From Neoechinorhynchus agilis (lineage: Eukaryota; Animalia; Acanthocephala), in NCBI GenBank assembly GCA_051530055.1, contig CM121343.1, forward strand, positions 2,698,389 to 2,762,388: a stretch of 64,000 nt of DNA. The letters run 5' to 3'. Made by a program: the position numbers and the translations under genes. This document shows positions 24,001-35,239 of the stretch, in pieces. Under the pieces are notes generated by a model that was not told the origin of the DNA, made no database searches, and was given only the letters and a program-made list of their open reading frames with translations. Each line of letters begins with the position of its first letter. Position 1 is the stretch's first letter.

Positions 24001-27000
24001 TTCTGTAGGGGGTGTCGTCCGAGGAATATCTGGTCAGGCGATGTCCGTTCGGGTGAAATTATTCTGTAGGGGGTGTCCGTCCGAGTGGGAATATCTGGTC
24101 AGGCGATGTCCGTTCGGGTGAAATTATTCTGTAGGGGGATGTCCGTCCGAGTGGGAATATCTGGTCAGGCGATGTCCGTTCGGGTGAAATTATTCTGTAG
24201 GGGGATGTCCGTCCGAGTGGGAATATCTGGTCGGGCGATGTCCGTTCGGGTGAAATTATTCTGTAGGGGGATGTCCGTCCGAGTAGGAATATCTGGTCAG
24301 GCGATGTCCGTTCGGGTGAAATTATTCTGTAGGGGGGTGTCCGTCCGAGTGGGAATATCTGGTCAGGCGATGTCCGTTCGGGTGAAATTATTCTGTAGGG
24401 GGGTGTCCGTCCGAGTGGGAATATCTGGTCAGGCGATGTCCGTTCGGGATCTGGTCAGGCGATGTCCGTTCGGGTGAAATTATTCTGTAGGGGGGTGTCC
24501 GTCCGAGTGGGAATATCTGGTCAGGCGATGTCCGTTCGGGTGAAATTATTCTGTAGGGGGGTGTCCGTCCGAGTGGGAATATCTGGTCGGGCGATGTCCG
24601 TTCGGGTGAAATTATTCTGTAGGGGGATATCCGTCCGAGTGAGACTATTCCGAAGGGTGATGTGCGTTCGGGTGAAATTATTCTGTAGGGGGATGTCCGT
24701 CCGAGTAGGAATATCTGGTCAGGCGATGTCCGTTCGGGTGAAATTATTCTGTAGGGGGGTGTCCGTCCGAGTGGGAATATCTGGTCGGGCGATGTCCGTT
24801 CGGGTGAAATTATTCTGTAGGGGGGTGTCCGTCCGAGTGGGAATATCTGGTCGGGCGATGTCCGTTCGGGTGAAATTATTCTGTAGGGGGATATCCGTCC
24901 GAGTGAGACTATTCCGAAGGGTGATGTGCGTTCGGGTGAAATTATTCTGTAGGGGGATATCCGTCCGAGTGAGACTATTCCGAAGGGTGATGTGCGTTCG
25001 GGTGAAATTATTCTGTAGGGGGATGTCCGTCCGAGTGGGAATATCCGGTCAGGCGATGTCCGTTCGGGTGAAATTATTCTGTAGGGGGGTGTCCGTCCGA
25101 GTGGGAATATCTGGTCAGGCGATGTCCGTTCGGGTGAAATTATTCTGTAGGGGGTGTCCGTCCGAGTGGGAATATCTGGTCGGGCGATGTCCGTTCGGGT
25201 GAAATTATTCTGTAGGGGGATGTCCGTCCGAGTGGGAATATTCCGAAGGGCGATGTCCGTTCGGGTGAAATTATTCTGTAGGGGGATGTCCGTCCGAGTG
25301 AGAATATTCCGAAGGGCGATGTCCGTTCGGGTGAAATTATTCTGTAGGGGGATGTCCGTCCGAGTGGGAATATCTGGTCAGGCGATGTCCGTTCGGGTGA
25401 AATTATTCTGTAGGGGGTGTCCGTCCGAGTAGGAATATCTGGTCAGGCGATGTCCGTTCGGGTGAAATTATTCTGTAGGGGGTGTCCGTCCGAGTGGGAA
25501 TATCTGGTCGGGCGATGTCCGTTCGGGTGAAATTATTCTGTAGGGGGATATCCGTCCGAGTGAGAATATTCCGAAGGGGATGTCCGTTCGGGTGAAATTA
25601 TTCTGTAGGGGGATGTCCGTCCGAGTGAGACTATTCCGAAGGGTGATGTCCGTTCGGGTGAAATTATTCTGTAGGGGGATGTCCGTCCGAGTGGGAATAT
25701 CTGGTCAGGCGATGTCCGTTCGGGTGAAATTATTCTGTAGGGGGATGTCCGTCCGAGTGGGAATATCTGGTCAGGCGATGTCCGTTCGGGTGAAATTATT
25801 CTGTAGGGGGGTGTCCGTCCGAGTAGGAATATCTGGTCAGGCGATGTCCGTTCGGGTGAAATTATTCTGTAGGGGGATGTCCGTCCGAGTGAGAATATTC
25901 CGAAGGGTGATGTCCGTTCGGGTGAAATTATTCTGTAGGGGGATGTCCGTCCGAGTGGGAATATCTGGTCGGGCGATGTCCGTTCGGGTGAAATTATTCT
26001 GTAGGGGGATGTCCGTCCGAGTGGGAATATCTGGTCAGGCGATGTCCGTTCGGGTGAAATTATTCTGTAGGGGGTGTCCGTCCGAGTGGGAATATCTGGT
26101 CAGGCGATGTCCGTTCGGGTGAAATTATTCTGTAGGGGGGTGTCCGTCCGAGTGGGAATATCTGGTCAGGCGATGTCCGTTCGGGTGAAATTATTCTGTA
26201 GGGGGATATCCGTCCGAGTGAGATATTCCAAGGTGATGTCCGTTCGGGTGAAATTATTCTGTAGGGGGATGTCCGTCCGAGTAGGAATATCTGGTCAGGC
26301 GATGTCCGTTCGGGTGAAATTATTCTGTAGGGGGGTGTCCGTCCGAGTGGGAATATCTGGTCGGGCGATGTCCGTTCGGGTGAAATTATTCTGTAGGGGG
26401 ATATCCGTCCGAGTGAGAATATTCCGAGGTGATGTCCGTTCGGGTGAAATTATTCTGTAGGGGGATGTCCGTCCGAGTGGGAATATCTGGTCGGGCGATG
26501 TCCGTTCGGGTGAAATTATTCTGTAGGGGGATGTCCGTCCGAGTAGGAATATCTGGTCAGGCGATGTCCGTTCGGGTGAAATTATTCTGTAGGGGGTGTC
26601 CGTCCGAGTGGGAATATCTGGTCGGGCGTGTCCGTTCGGGTGAAATTATTCTGTGGGGGATGTCCGTCCGAGTAGGAATATCTGGTCAGGCGATGTCCGT
26701 TCGGGTGAAATTATTCTGTAGGGGGGTGTCCGTCCGAGTGGGAATATCTGGTCGGGCGATGTCCGTTCGGGTGAAATTATTCTGTAGGGGATGTCCGTCC
26801 GAGTGGGAATATCTGGTCAGGCGATGTCCGTTCGGGTGAAATTATTCTGTAGGGGGATGTCCGTCCGAGTAGGAATATCTGGTCAGGCGATGTCCGTTCG
26901 GGTGAAATTATTCTGTAGGGGGATGTCCGTCCGAGTAGGAATATCTGGTCAGGCGATGTCCGTTCGGGTGAAATTATTCTGTAGGGGGGTGTCCGTCCGA

Positions 27001-30000
27001 GTAGGAATATCTGGTCAGGCGATGTCCGTTCGGGTGAAATTATTCTGTAGGGGGGTGTCCGTCCGAGTGGGAATATCTGGTCAGGCGATGTCCGTTCGGG
27101 TGAAATTATTCTGTAGGGGGATGTCCGTCCGAGTGGGAATATCTGGTCGGGCGATGTCCGTTCGGGTGAAATTATTCTGTAGGGGGATGTCCGTCCGAGT
27201 GGGAATATCTGGTCAGGCGATGTCCGTTCGGGTGAAATTATTCTGTAGGGGGATGTCCGTCCGAGTGGGAATATCTGGTCAGGCGATGTCCGTTCGGGTG
27301 AAATTATTCTGTAGGGGGTGTCCGTCCGAGTAGAATATCTGGTCAGGCGATGTCCGTTCGGGTGAAATTATTCTGTAGGGGGTGTCCGTCCGAGTAGGAA
27401 TATCTGGTCAGGCGATGTCCGTTCGGGTGAAATTATTCTGTAGGGGGATGTCCGTCCGAGTAGGAATATCTGGTCAGGCGATGTCCGTTCGGGTGAAATT
27501 ATTCTGTAGGGGGATGTCCGTCCGAGTAGGAATATCTGGTCAGGCGATGTCCGTTCGGGTGAAATTATTCTGTAGGGGGATGTCCGTCCGAGTGGGAATA
27601 TCTGGTCAGGCGATGTCCGTTCGGGTGAAATTATTCTGTAGGGGGGTGTCCGTCCGAGTGGGAATATCTGGTCAGGCGATGTCCGTTCGGGTGAAATTAT
27701 TCTGTAGGGGATGTCCGTCCGAGTGGGAATATCTGGTCAGGCGATGTCCGTTCGGGTGAAATTATTCTGTAGGGGGGTGTCCGTCCGAGTGGGAATATCT
27801 GGTCAGGCGATGTCCGTTCGGGTGAAATTATTCTGTAGGGGATGTCCGTCCGAGTGGGAATATCTGGTCAGGCGATGTCCGTTCGGGTGAAATTATTCTG
27901 TAGGGGGATGTCCGTCCGAGTGGGAATATCTGGTCGGGCGATGTCCGTTCGGGTGAAATTATTCTGTAGGGGGATGTCCGTCCGAGTAGGAATATCTGGT
28001 CAGGCGATGTCCGTTCGGGTGAATTATTCTGTAGGGGGATGTCCGTCCGAGTGGGAATATCTGGTCAGGCGATGTCCGTTCGGGTGAAATTATTCTGTAG
28101 GGGGATGTCCGTCCGAGTAGGAATATCTGGTCAGGCGATGTCCGTTCGGGTGAAATTATTCTGTAGGGGGGTGTCCGTCCGAGTGGGAATATCTGGTCAG
28201 GCGATGTCCGTTCGGGTGAAATTATTCTGTAGGGGATGTCCGTCCGAGTGGGAATATCTGGTCGGGCGATGTCCGTTCGGGTGAAATTATTCTGTAGGGG
28301 GATGTCCGTCCGAGTAGGAATATCTGGTCAGGCGATGTCCGTTCGGGTGAAATTATTCTGTAGGGGGATGTCCGTCCGAGTAGGAATATCTGGTCAGGCG
28401 ATGTCCGTTCGGGTGAAATTATTCTGTAGGGGGATGTCCGTCCGAGTGGGAATATCTGGTCAGGCGATGTCCGTTCGGGTGAAATTATTCTGTAGGGGGG
28501 TGTCCGTCCGAGTAGGAATATCTGGTCAGGCGATGTCCGTTCGGGTGAAATTATTCTGTAGGGGGATGTCCGTCCGAGTAGGAATATCTGGTCAGGCGAT
28601 GTCCGTTCGGGTGAAATTATTCTGTAGGGGGGTGTCCGTCCGAGTAGGAATATCTGGTCAGGCGATGTCCGTTCGGGTGAAATTATTCTGTAGGGGGTGT
28701 CCGTCCGAGTGGGAATATCTGGTCAGGCGATGTCCGTTCGGGTGAAATTATTCTGTAGGGGGATGTCCGTCCGAGTAGGAATATCTGGTCAGGCGATGTC
28801 CGTTCGGGTGAAATTATTCTGTGGGGGATGTCCGTCCGAGTGGGAATATCTGGTCAGGCGATGTCCGTTCGGGTGAAATTATTCTGTAGGGGGGTGTCCG
28901 TCCGAGTGGGAATATCTGGTCAGGCGATGTCCGTTCGGGTGAAATTATTCTGTAGGGGGATGTCCGTCCGAGTAGGAATATCTGGTCAGGCGATGTCCGT
29001 TCGGGTGAAATTATTCTGTAGGGGGATGTCCGTCCGAGTAGGAATATCTGGTCAGGCGATGTCCGTTCGGGTAAATTATTCTGTAGGGGGGTGTCCGTCC
29101 GAGTAGGAATATCTGGTCAGGCGATGTCCGTTCGGGTGAAATTATTCTGTAGGGGGGTGTCCGTCCGAGTGGGAATATCTGGTCAGGCGATGTCCGTTCG
29201 GGTGAAATTATTCTGTAGGGGGATGTCCGTCCGAGTGGGAATATCTGGTCGGGCGATGTCCGTTCGGGTGAAATTATTCTGTAGGGGGATGTCCGTCCGA
29301 GTAGGAATATCTGGTCAGGCGATGTCCGTTCGGGTGAAATTATTCTGTAGGGGGGATGTCCGTCCGAGTAGGAATATCTGGTCAGGCGATGTCCGTTCGG
29401 GTGAAATTATTCTGTAGGGGGTGTCCGTCCGAGTAGGAATATCTGGTCAGGCGATGTCCGTTCGGGTGAAATTATTCTGTAGGGGTGTCCGTCCGAGTAG
29501 GAATATCTGGTCAGGCGATGTCCGTTCGGGTGAAATTATTCTGTAGGGGGGATGTCCGTCCGAGTAGGAATATCTGGTCAGGCGATGTCCGTTCGGGTGA
29601 ATTATTCTGTAGGGGGATGTCCGTCCGAGTAGGAATATCTGGTCAGGCGATGTCCGTTCGGGTGAAATTATTCTGTGGGGGATGTCCGTCCGAGTGGGAA
29701 TATCTGGTCAGGCGATGTCCGTTCGGGTGAAATTATTCTGTAGGGGGTGTCCGTCCGAGTAGGAATATCTGGTCAGGCGATGTCCGTTCGGGTGAAAATT
29801 CTGTGGGGATGTCCGTCCGAGTAGGAATATCTGGTCAGGCGATGTCCGTTCGGGTGAAATTATTCTGTAGGGGGATGTCCGTCCGAGTAGGAATATCTGG
29901 TCAGGCGATGTCCGTTCGGGTGAAATTATTCTGTAGGGGGGTGTCCGTCCGAGTGGGAATATCTGGTCAGGCGATGTCCGTTCGGGTGAAATTATTCTGT

Positions 30001-31235
30001 AGGGGGGTGTCCGTCCGAGTAGGAATATCTGGTCAGGCGATGTCCGTTCGGGTGAAATTATTCTGTAGGGGGATGTCCGTCCGAGTAGGAATATCTGGTC
30101 AGGCGATGTCCGTTCGGGTGAAATTATTCTGTAGGGGGATGTCCGTCCGAGTAGGAATATCTGGTCAGGCGATGTCCGTTCGGGTGAAATTATTCTGTAG
30201 GGGGATGTCCGTCCGAGTGGGAATATCTGGTCAGGCGATGTCCGTTCGGGTGAAATTATTCTGTAGGGGGGTGTCCGTCCGAGTAGGAATATCTGGTCAG
30301 GCGATGTCCGTTCGGGTGAAATTATTCTGTAGGGGGATGTCCGTCCGAGTGGGAATATCTGGTCAGGCGATGTCCGTTCGGGTGAAATTATTCTGTAGGG
30401 GGATGTCCGTCCGAGTGGGAATATCTGGTCAGGCGATGTCCGTTCGGGTGAAATTATTCTGTAGGGGGGTGTCCGTCCGAGTGGGAATATCTGGTCAGGC
30501 GATGTCCGTTCGGGTGAAATTATTCTGTAGGGGGGTGTCCGTCCGAGTAGGAATATCTGGTCAGGCGATGTCCGTTCGGGTGAAATTATTCTGTAGGGGG
30601 GTGTCCGTCCGAGTGGGAATATCTGGTCAGGCGATGTCCGTTCGGGTGAAATTATTCTGTAGGGGGGTGTCCGTCCGAGTGGGAATATCTGGTCAGGCGA
30701 TGTCCGTTCGGGTGAAATTATTCTGTAGGGGATGTCCGTCCGAGTAGGAATATCTGGTCAGGCGATGTCCGTTCGGGTGAAATTATTCGGGGTGTCCGTC
30801 CGAGTGGAATATCTGGTCAGCGATGTCCGTTCGGGTGATTATTCTGTGGGGATGTCCGTCAGTGGAATATCTGAGCGATGTCCGTTCGGGTGAAATTATT
30901 CTGTAGGGGGATGTCCGTCCGAGTAGGAATATCTGGTCAGGCGATGTCCGTTCGGGTGAAATTATTCTGTAGGGGGATGTCCGTCCGAGTAGGAATATCT
31001 GGTCAGGCGATGTCCGTTCGGGTGAAATTATTCTGTAGGGGGGTGTCCGTCCGAGTGGGAATATCCGGTCGGGTGACGTCCGTTCGGGTGAAATTATTCT
31101 GTAGGGGGATGTCCGTCCGAGTGGGAATATCTGGTCAGGCGATGTCCGTTCGGATGAAATTATTCTGTAGGGGGATGTCCGTCCGAGTGGGAATATCCGG
31201 TCGAGAAGGAATTGCTTCCGGGTGGAGATAAGTGG
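21002..31235 (-). CDS. Putative giant repetitive protein exon, (RTSPDQIFPLG-RTSPYRIISPE)n plus a short unique C-terminal tail
   Basis: Period is a multiple of 3 and this minus frame is stop-free in every unit variant. Differences in the RTSP core are mostly synonymous. The frame exits into YLSAGFSPTEPVIHSKMNNRI-TAA followed by AATAAA. The N-terminus was not found, and the frame is broken by indels in G-runs. Confidence 0.6.
21050..31210. repeat. ~10.2-kb GC-rich tandem array; 66-bp dimer of related 33-bp subunits
   Basis: Subunit A atgtccgttcgggtgaaattattctgtaggggg, subunit B atgtccgtccgagtgggaatatctggtcaggcg, and variant C ...gagtgagactattccgaagggtg. About 150 dimers. Confidence 0.98.
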
Positions 31236-31329
31236 TTATTGTTTGTTGGTGAATGATGTCCGAGAAGATTGGGCAGAATGGAAAAATTAATGGAAATCGC
31301 GAGAGTATGAAACCTTTCGGTTTCAATTA

Positions 31330-31486
31330 GCGATGTTTGATTCAGAAAATAGATTTATCTTGAAAATTTTCGGCCTTTTCGTTGGCCTTCTTCAGTCAAT
31401 TGTTTTTAAGTTTTTTAATATGTAACTTAGAAACAATTGACCGAAGAAGGTTCCAAGATAAATCTATTTTCTGAATCAAACATCGC
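31330..31486. mobile_element. MITE with terminal inverted repeats, flanked by TA
   Basis: gcgatgtttgattcagaaaatagatttatcttg...caagataaatctattttctgaatcaaacatcgc, with TA on both sides and a second internal IR (ccttcttcagtcaattgttt/aaacaattgaccgaagaagg). Confidence 0.8.
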
Positions 31487-31949
31487 TAATAATGAATAAT
31501 TTTTTTGTATGAAATTGTTTTGATGCTAGACATCATCTACCGCTCCATAAGTGAATAAAGAAGTCTACAAGTTTCCGCGCGAAAACGTCATCAAATTACG
31601 TCACGATCGATTTAATTAAAGATTGGTGTCTTCCGGATCATCAATGAAGGTCCGTGACAATGCGTGGATCGGTGAATTTTGTCGTAAGTGGAAAAATGTT
31701 TGTTGGTGAAGTGTTTTTGTTTGAAATTTGTAGAACTCAGGCTTGAGCGTAGAATGGTGATTTTCTTGGAGGTTTTTTGGAAGCAACTCTTTCATTCAAA
31801 CGCACAACAAAAAACGTCCACGAAGAAGAGGCATCGCTCTCCCCTCAGTGGTCGCGAGCACACTCGCTTCGTTTCTTCTTTGGATCGCGAGACCAATGTT
31901 TTGGCGTAGGAAGGCACCAGCTCTTGTATTTCCTGTCTTGGCTTTATCA

Positions 31950-32490
31950 TTCCTTACTCGTCTTTTGTCTTTTTAAGCACACATCCAACCGATATCTTGC
32001 ATCAAGGAAGTGATTGAATCACTGTACATCCCCGTCCGGATCCTCGGATACCTCCTAATGAGGCGGAACTCATCAGTGAGTTTCTTACGTCATTCAACGA
32101 TATTTTGTCCCCTTTGGTTGTGAGTCATCGACGATCGTGGATATGAACCGGCTTGAATGATCTTATGGCTTAAAATAAAGTTCCTATATTCAACACTTAC
32201 CCCGAGATTTAAATCTGGCACAGTTTATACATTCCGTGGTTGTGTTGAGGTGGTCTAGTGAATTTGAGCTTTGAATCACTGTTTGTTATCATCGATGACT
32301 CACAATCAAAGGGGACGAAATACCTCGATGAATGGAGTAGGAAACTCACTGATGAGTCCCGCCTCCTTGGGAGGTATCTGAGGATCCACTCGTTATCGTA
32401 TGTTTTTGAAAGTCTAAGTGGTTCAATCGCTTCCCTGATGCAAGATATCGGTTGGATGTGTGCCTAAAAAGACAAAAGACGAGTAAGGGA
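31950..32490. repeat. Diverged ~190-bp inverted repeat pair (~31950-32135 and ~32290-32490)
   Basis: cttactcgtcttttgtctttt..gcacacatccaaccgatatcttgcatca...gagtcatcga is present on + and again as the reverse complement. Confidence 0.85.
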
Positions 32491-32819
32491 CTATTTAAAC
32501 ATTTAGTTAATTTACGGGTCCCGAACGGCTCCATACAAAATAGATGGGCGAAAATCGGAGGCGATAAAAATGAACGCGAGCTAAATTCAAAAATCGATTT
32601 ATGGCCTTAAAGGATAAATTAAAATCTAGTTTCGCTGGCAGTACAACGGGGCAATGCTGCCAGCGTGATGGCGACGGTCGAGGAAGGACAAAAGCTGGAA
32701 TTTGGTGGGAGGTGGTGAATGTAAAGAAAAGTAACCAAATAGAAAACCCTTTCAGTGGTTTTTGATTATTTTCTACTATATAATACTCATCGTTCATGAT
32801 TTACAGATATAATTTGAAC

Positions 32820-34920
32820 ATGTTTGATTCTAAGCAATACGAAGAGCTTCGTGAAACGTTGCTAAAACGTAAGCAAAATTCGAACTCAGTGTCGTTGGAG
32901 CTTGATCAATTGAAGCTTCTTTTTAACAACTTACCAGACATGGACTCTCTTCATTGCTGTATTTTTCTGTATCGAGTACTTGAGGATGTATCTCGTTGTA
33001 AAGAATCGAACGAGGCGAAAAAGCATAAAATGAGGGAGATTTTAGTAATGTATTTTGGTGAAGAACCATTTGACAAGCCTACAGTTGGTGAATCGATTTA
33101 TAGTTATGCGCTTTCAGTAAAGAAAGCTGATGATTCCATGATTTCTTTACTTAAATCCTTCGCCTGCTTCATGAATGGGTACAAATTACCGTCGCCTTCC
33201 GAACTAGCGTTAGAGAGAATTAATGTTAGTCTGGATTACCGTTTGACGTACTATAGATGGATGATGCGATGCGCTCTACCGATAATTTGTCCCAGCTTTA
33301 TGGAACGAAGTGATTTGATCAAAGTGTTCAGTTTTCGATCGATGTCTAACGCTCGTTCACTGATAATGCGTGATTTTCGTGAATATGTACTTGGTGAGTA
33401 TTATCAATCGCACAGACGTTCAGAAACCGGCCTTGTGAGAATCCTTCGGGACATGGTCCACCATCTATTCGAATATTTGCCTACTGAACATGTTAATATG
33501 CAAATTCTATTAAGTTCAACGAAGCACCGTGATATGAGACTCATGTGCTTAGGTGTTGAAACTCATGTTCCTAAATCGAGATGCAAAAATTTCGATGTTG
33601 TTAGAACAAGCAAGCGAATAAATCCCACAATCGACTTTGAAGAATTTCCTGAAAGCCGAATAAAAGATAAAATCGCACAAATCTTATCGGATGATAATTC
33701 TCATCTATATCAAATGGACGATATTGAATTTAAACTTGTCAGTTTTGAGTTTTTAAATGATAAACCGGTTAGTGAATATCCGGCCCTGTGGAACATCGGC
33801 GAACTTTTGTCAGTCAACAATTATTCCCTCACAAAATGCGAACAACTTTGCTATTTATTGCAGGCTCGTGACATTTTTGTTCGCCAATTAATCCACATGC
33901 CAAGTGAGTATATAACTCGCCTCGTTCTTGATGGACGCCACAAAACACTGGTTTTGCTGAAACAGACCATAAAAAAGCTCATTGATATGAAAAAGATTGT
34001 GTTCACTCTTAAAGTACATCATCAATGAGTTTTCGTTGATAAAGGTTCTCATTTCAAAAAAGTGATCGGTGCTATATCTTTTAGACCTTTTGTTAACCAA
34101 GGAATAAGTGAGATCTCATTGTTTGCAGTATGCACCTCTCATCAGGTCCGAGGCTACGGAACAATGCTTATGAACCAATGCAAGAACTACCATGTCTCAA
34201 AGGGAATATTTCGCTTAATGACATACGCTGATGGAAACGCTTTGGAGTTTTTTCAAAAGCAAGGCTTTTCTGAAGAGGTATCGGAATACTTGTCCAAATG
34301 TAAGCTATATTTTAAGGAGTACACCTCAGCTACAATGACGGAGTGCGTTCTGGATCCTGAAATTGACTACGTTAACGCTCGAAGTGTACTTAATTTAGAA
34401 TCGGGCATACTAAGTGTTTTGGATGACTGTTATGTTAGCCGAGCCCTTCAATCACAAGTAGGACGAATTTATGGACCGGGAACCCATTTCAATGTTGTTC
34501 GTGCAGATGATGAATTAGGCAAGCGGTTCTCTGTGTCAAGTTCTTCTATCCGAGAGCCGTGCTTCATTTGATAATCCGGCATCGTTAAATGACTCTATTG
34601 GCATACTACTTAAGAAAATGTACGAGCATCAAGATTGTGACTTAATAATGAAGTTACCGGATACAAGATCGCGTTTTAAATCTCGCCTACTTTTTCCAAC
34701 CGATCTGCAAACAGTTAAAAGTCGATTTGATGAAGGTTACTATACAAGTGCTCATTTGTTCCTCGCGGACATGAGGAGATGTTTCGCTGGGTTTAGGCAG
34801 CATTATGGTTGCGACAAAAACAGAAAGAGAATTGATTCGCTGAAACTTTTGGAAGCACACTATATAATACGAGCGCTTGAGTTGAATTTAGTAGATAGTT
34901 GTGCTCAAACGAGCTACTAA
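32820..34920 (+). CDS. KAT2: GCN5/PCAF-type histone acetyltransferase (PCAF-N, GNAT, bromodomain), interrupted
   Basis: GEEPFDKPTV (PCAF-N); MPSEYITRLVLDGRHKTL, VIGAISFRPF..SEI, QVRGYGT and YADGNALEFFQKQGF (HAT); FPTDLQTVKSRF..YY....FLADMRRCF (bromodomain). In-frame TGA at 34026-34028 and a frame change between 34519 and 34569 are unresolved. The start could be 32796 or 32820. Confidence 0.85.
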
Positions 34921-35239
34921 GCTAACACATATCTTTTCCTCTTTTTTAAAAATTGCAATATTGTTGTGTGTACGTTAGATATCAAAATAGAAGTTTCGTT
35001 GAAAGTTTAAAAACCTCAGCACCCTTTTTGATCGGCAAGTAAACAGTGCGATAAAACGAAATGATTGTGGCTGCGATATCGCGTTTAATTTCAGTTCTAC
35101 TGGGTTTGTAAAAACCCATTTAATGATACTTTTGATGGCAAAGAAATGCTGATCATACGGGCAATCAAAGGTAGTAATGCCTCCGAAAAAAAATATAATA
35201 TAAAGGCAAGGTAGAACTCAAGGCACTCCTTATCCTTTT

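Noticed and set aside
21292-31231. Dozens of plus-strand MSVRVKLFCRG ORFs
   Set aside because: They result from an ATG in every repeat unit. Several variants that are synonymous in the minus frame are non-synonymous here, and there is no unique terminus or poly(A) context. The frame is stop-free, so it is disfavoured rather than excluded.
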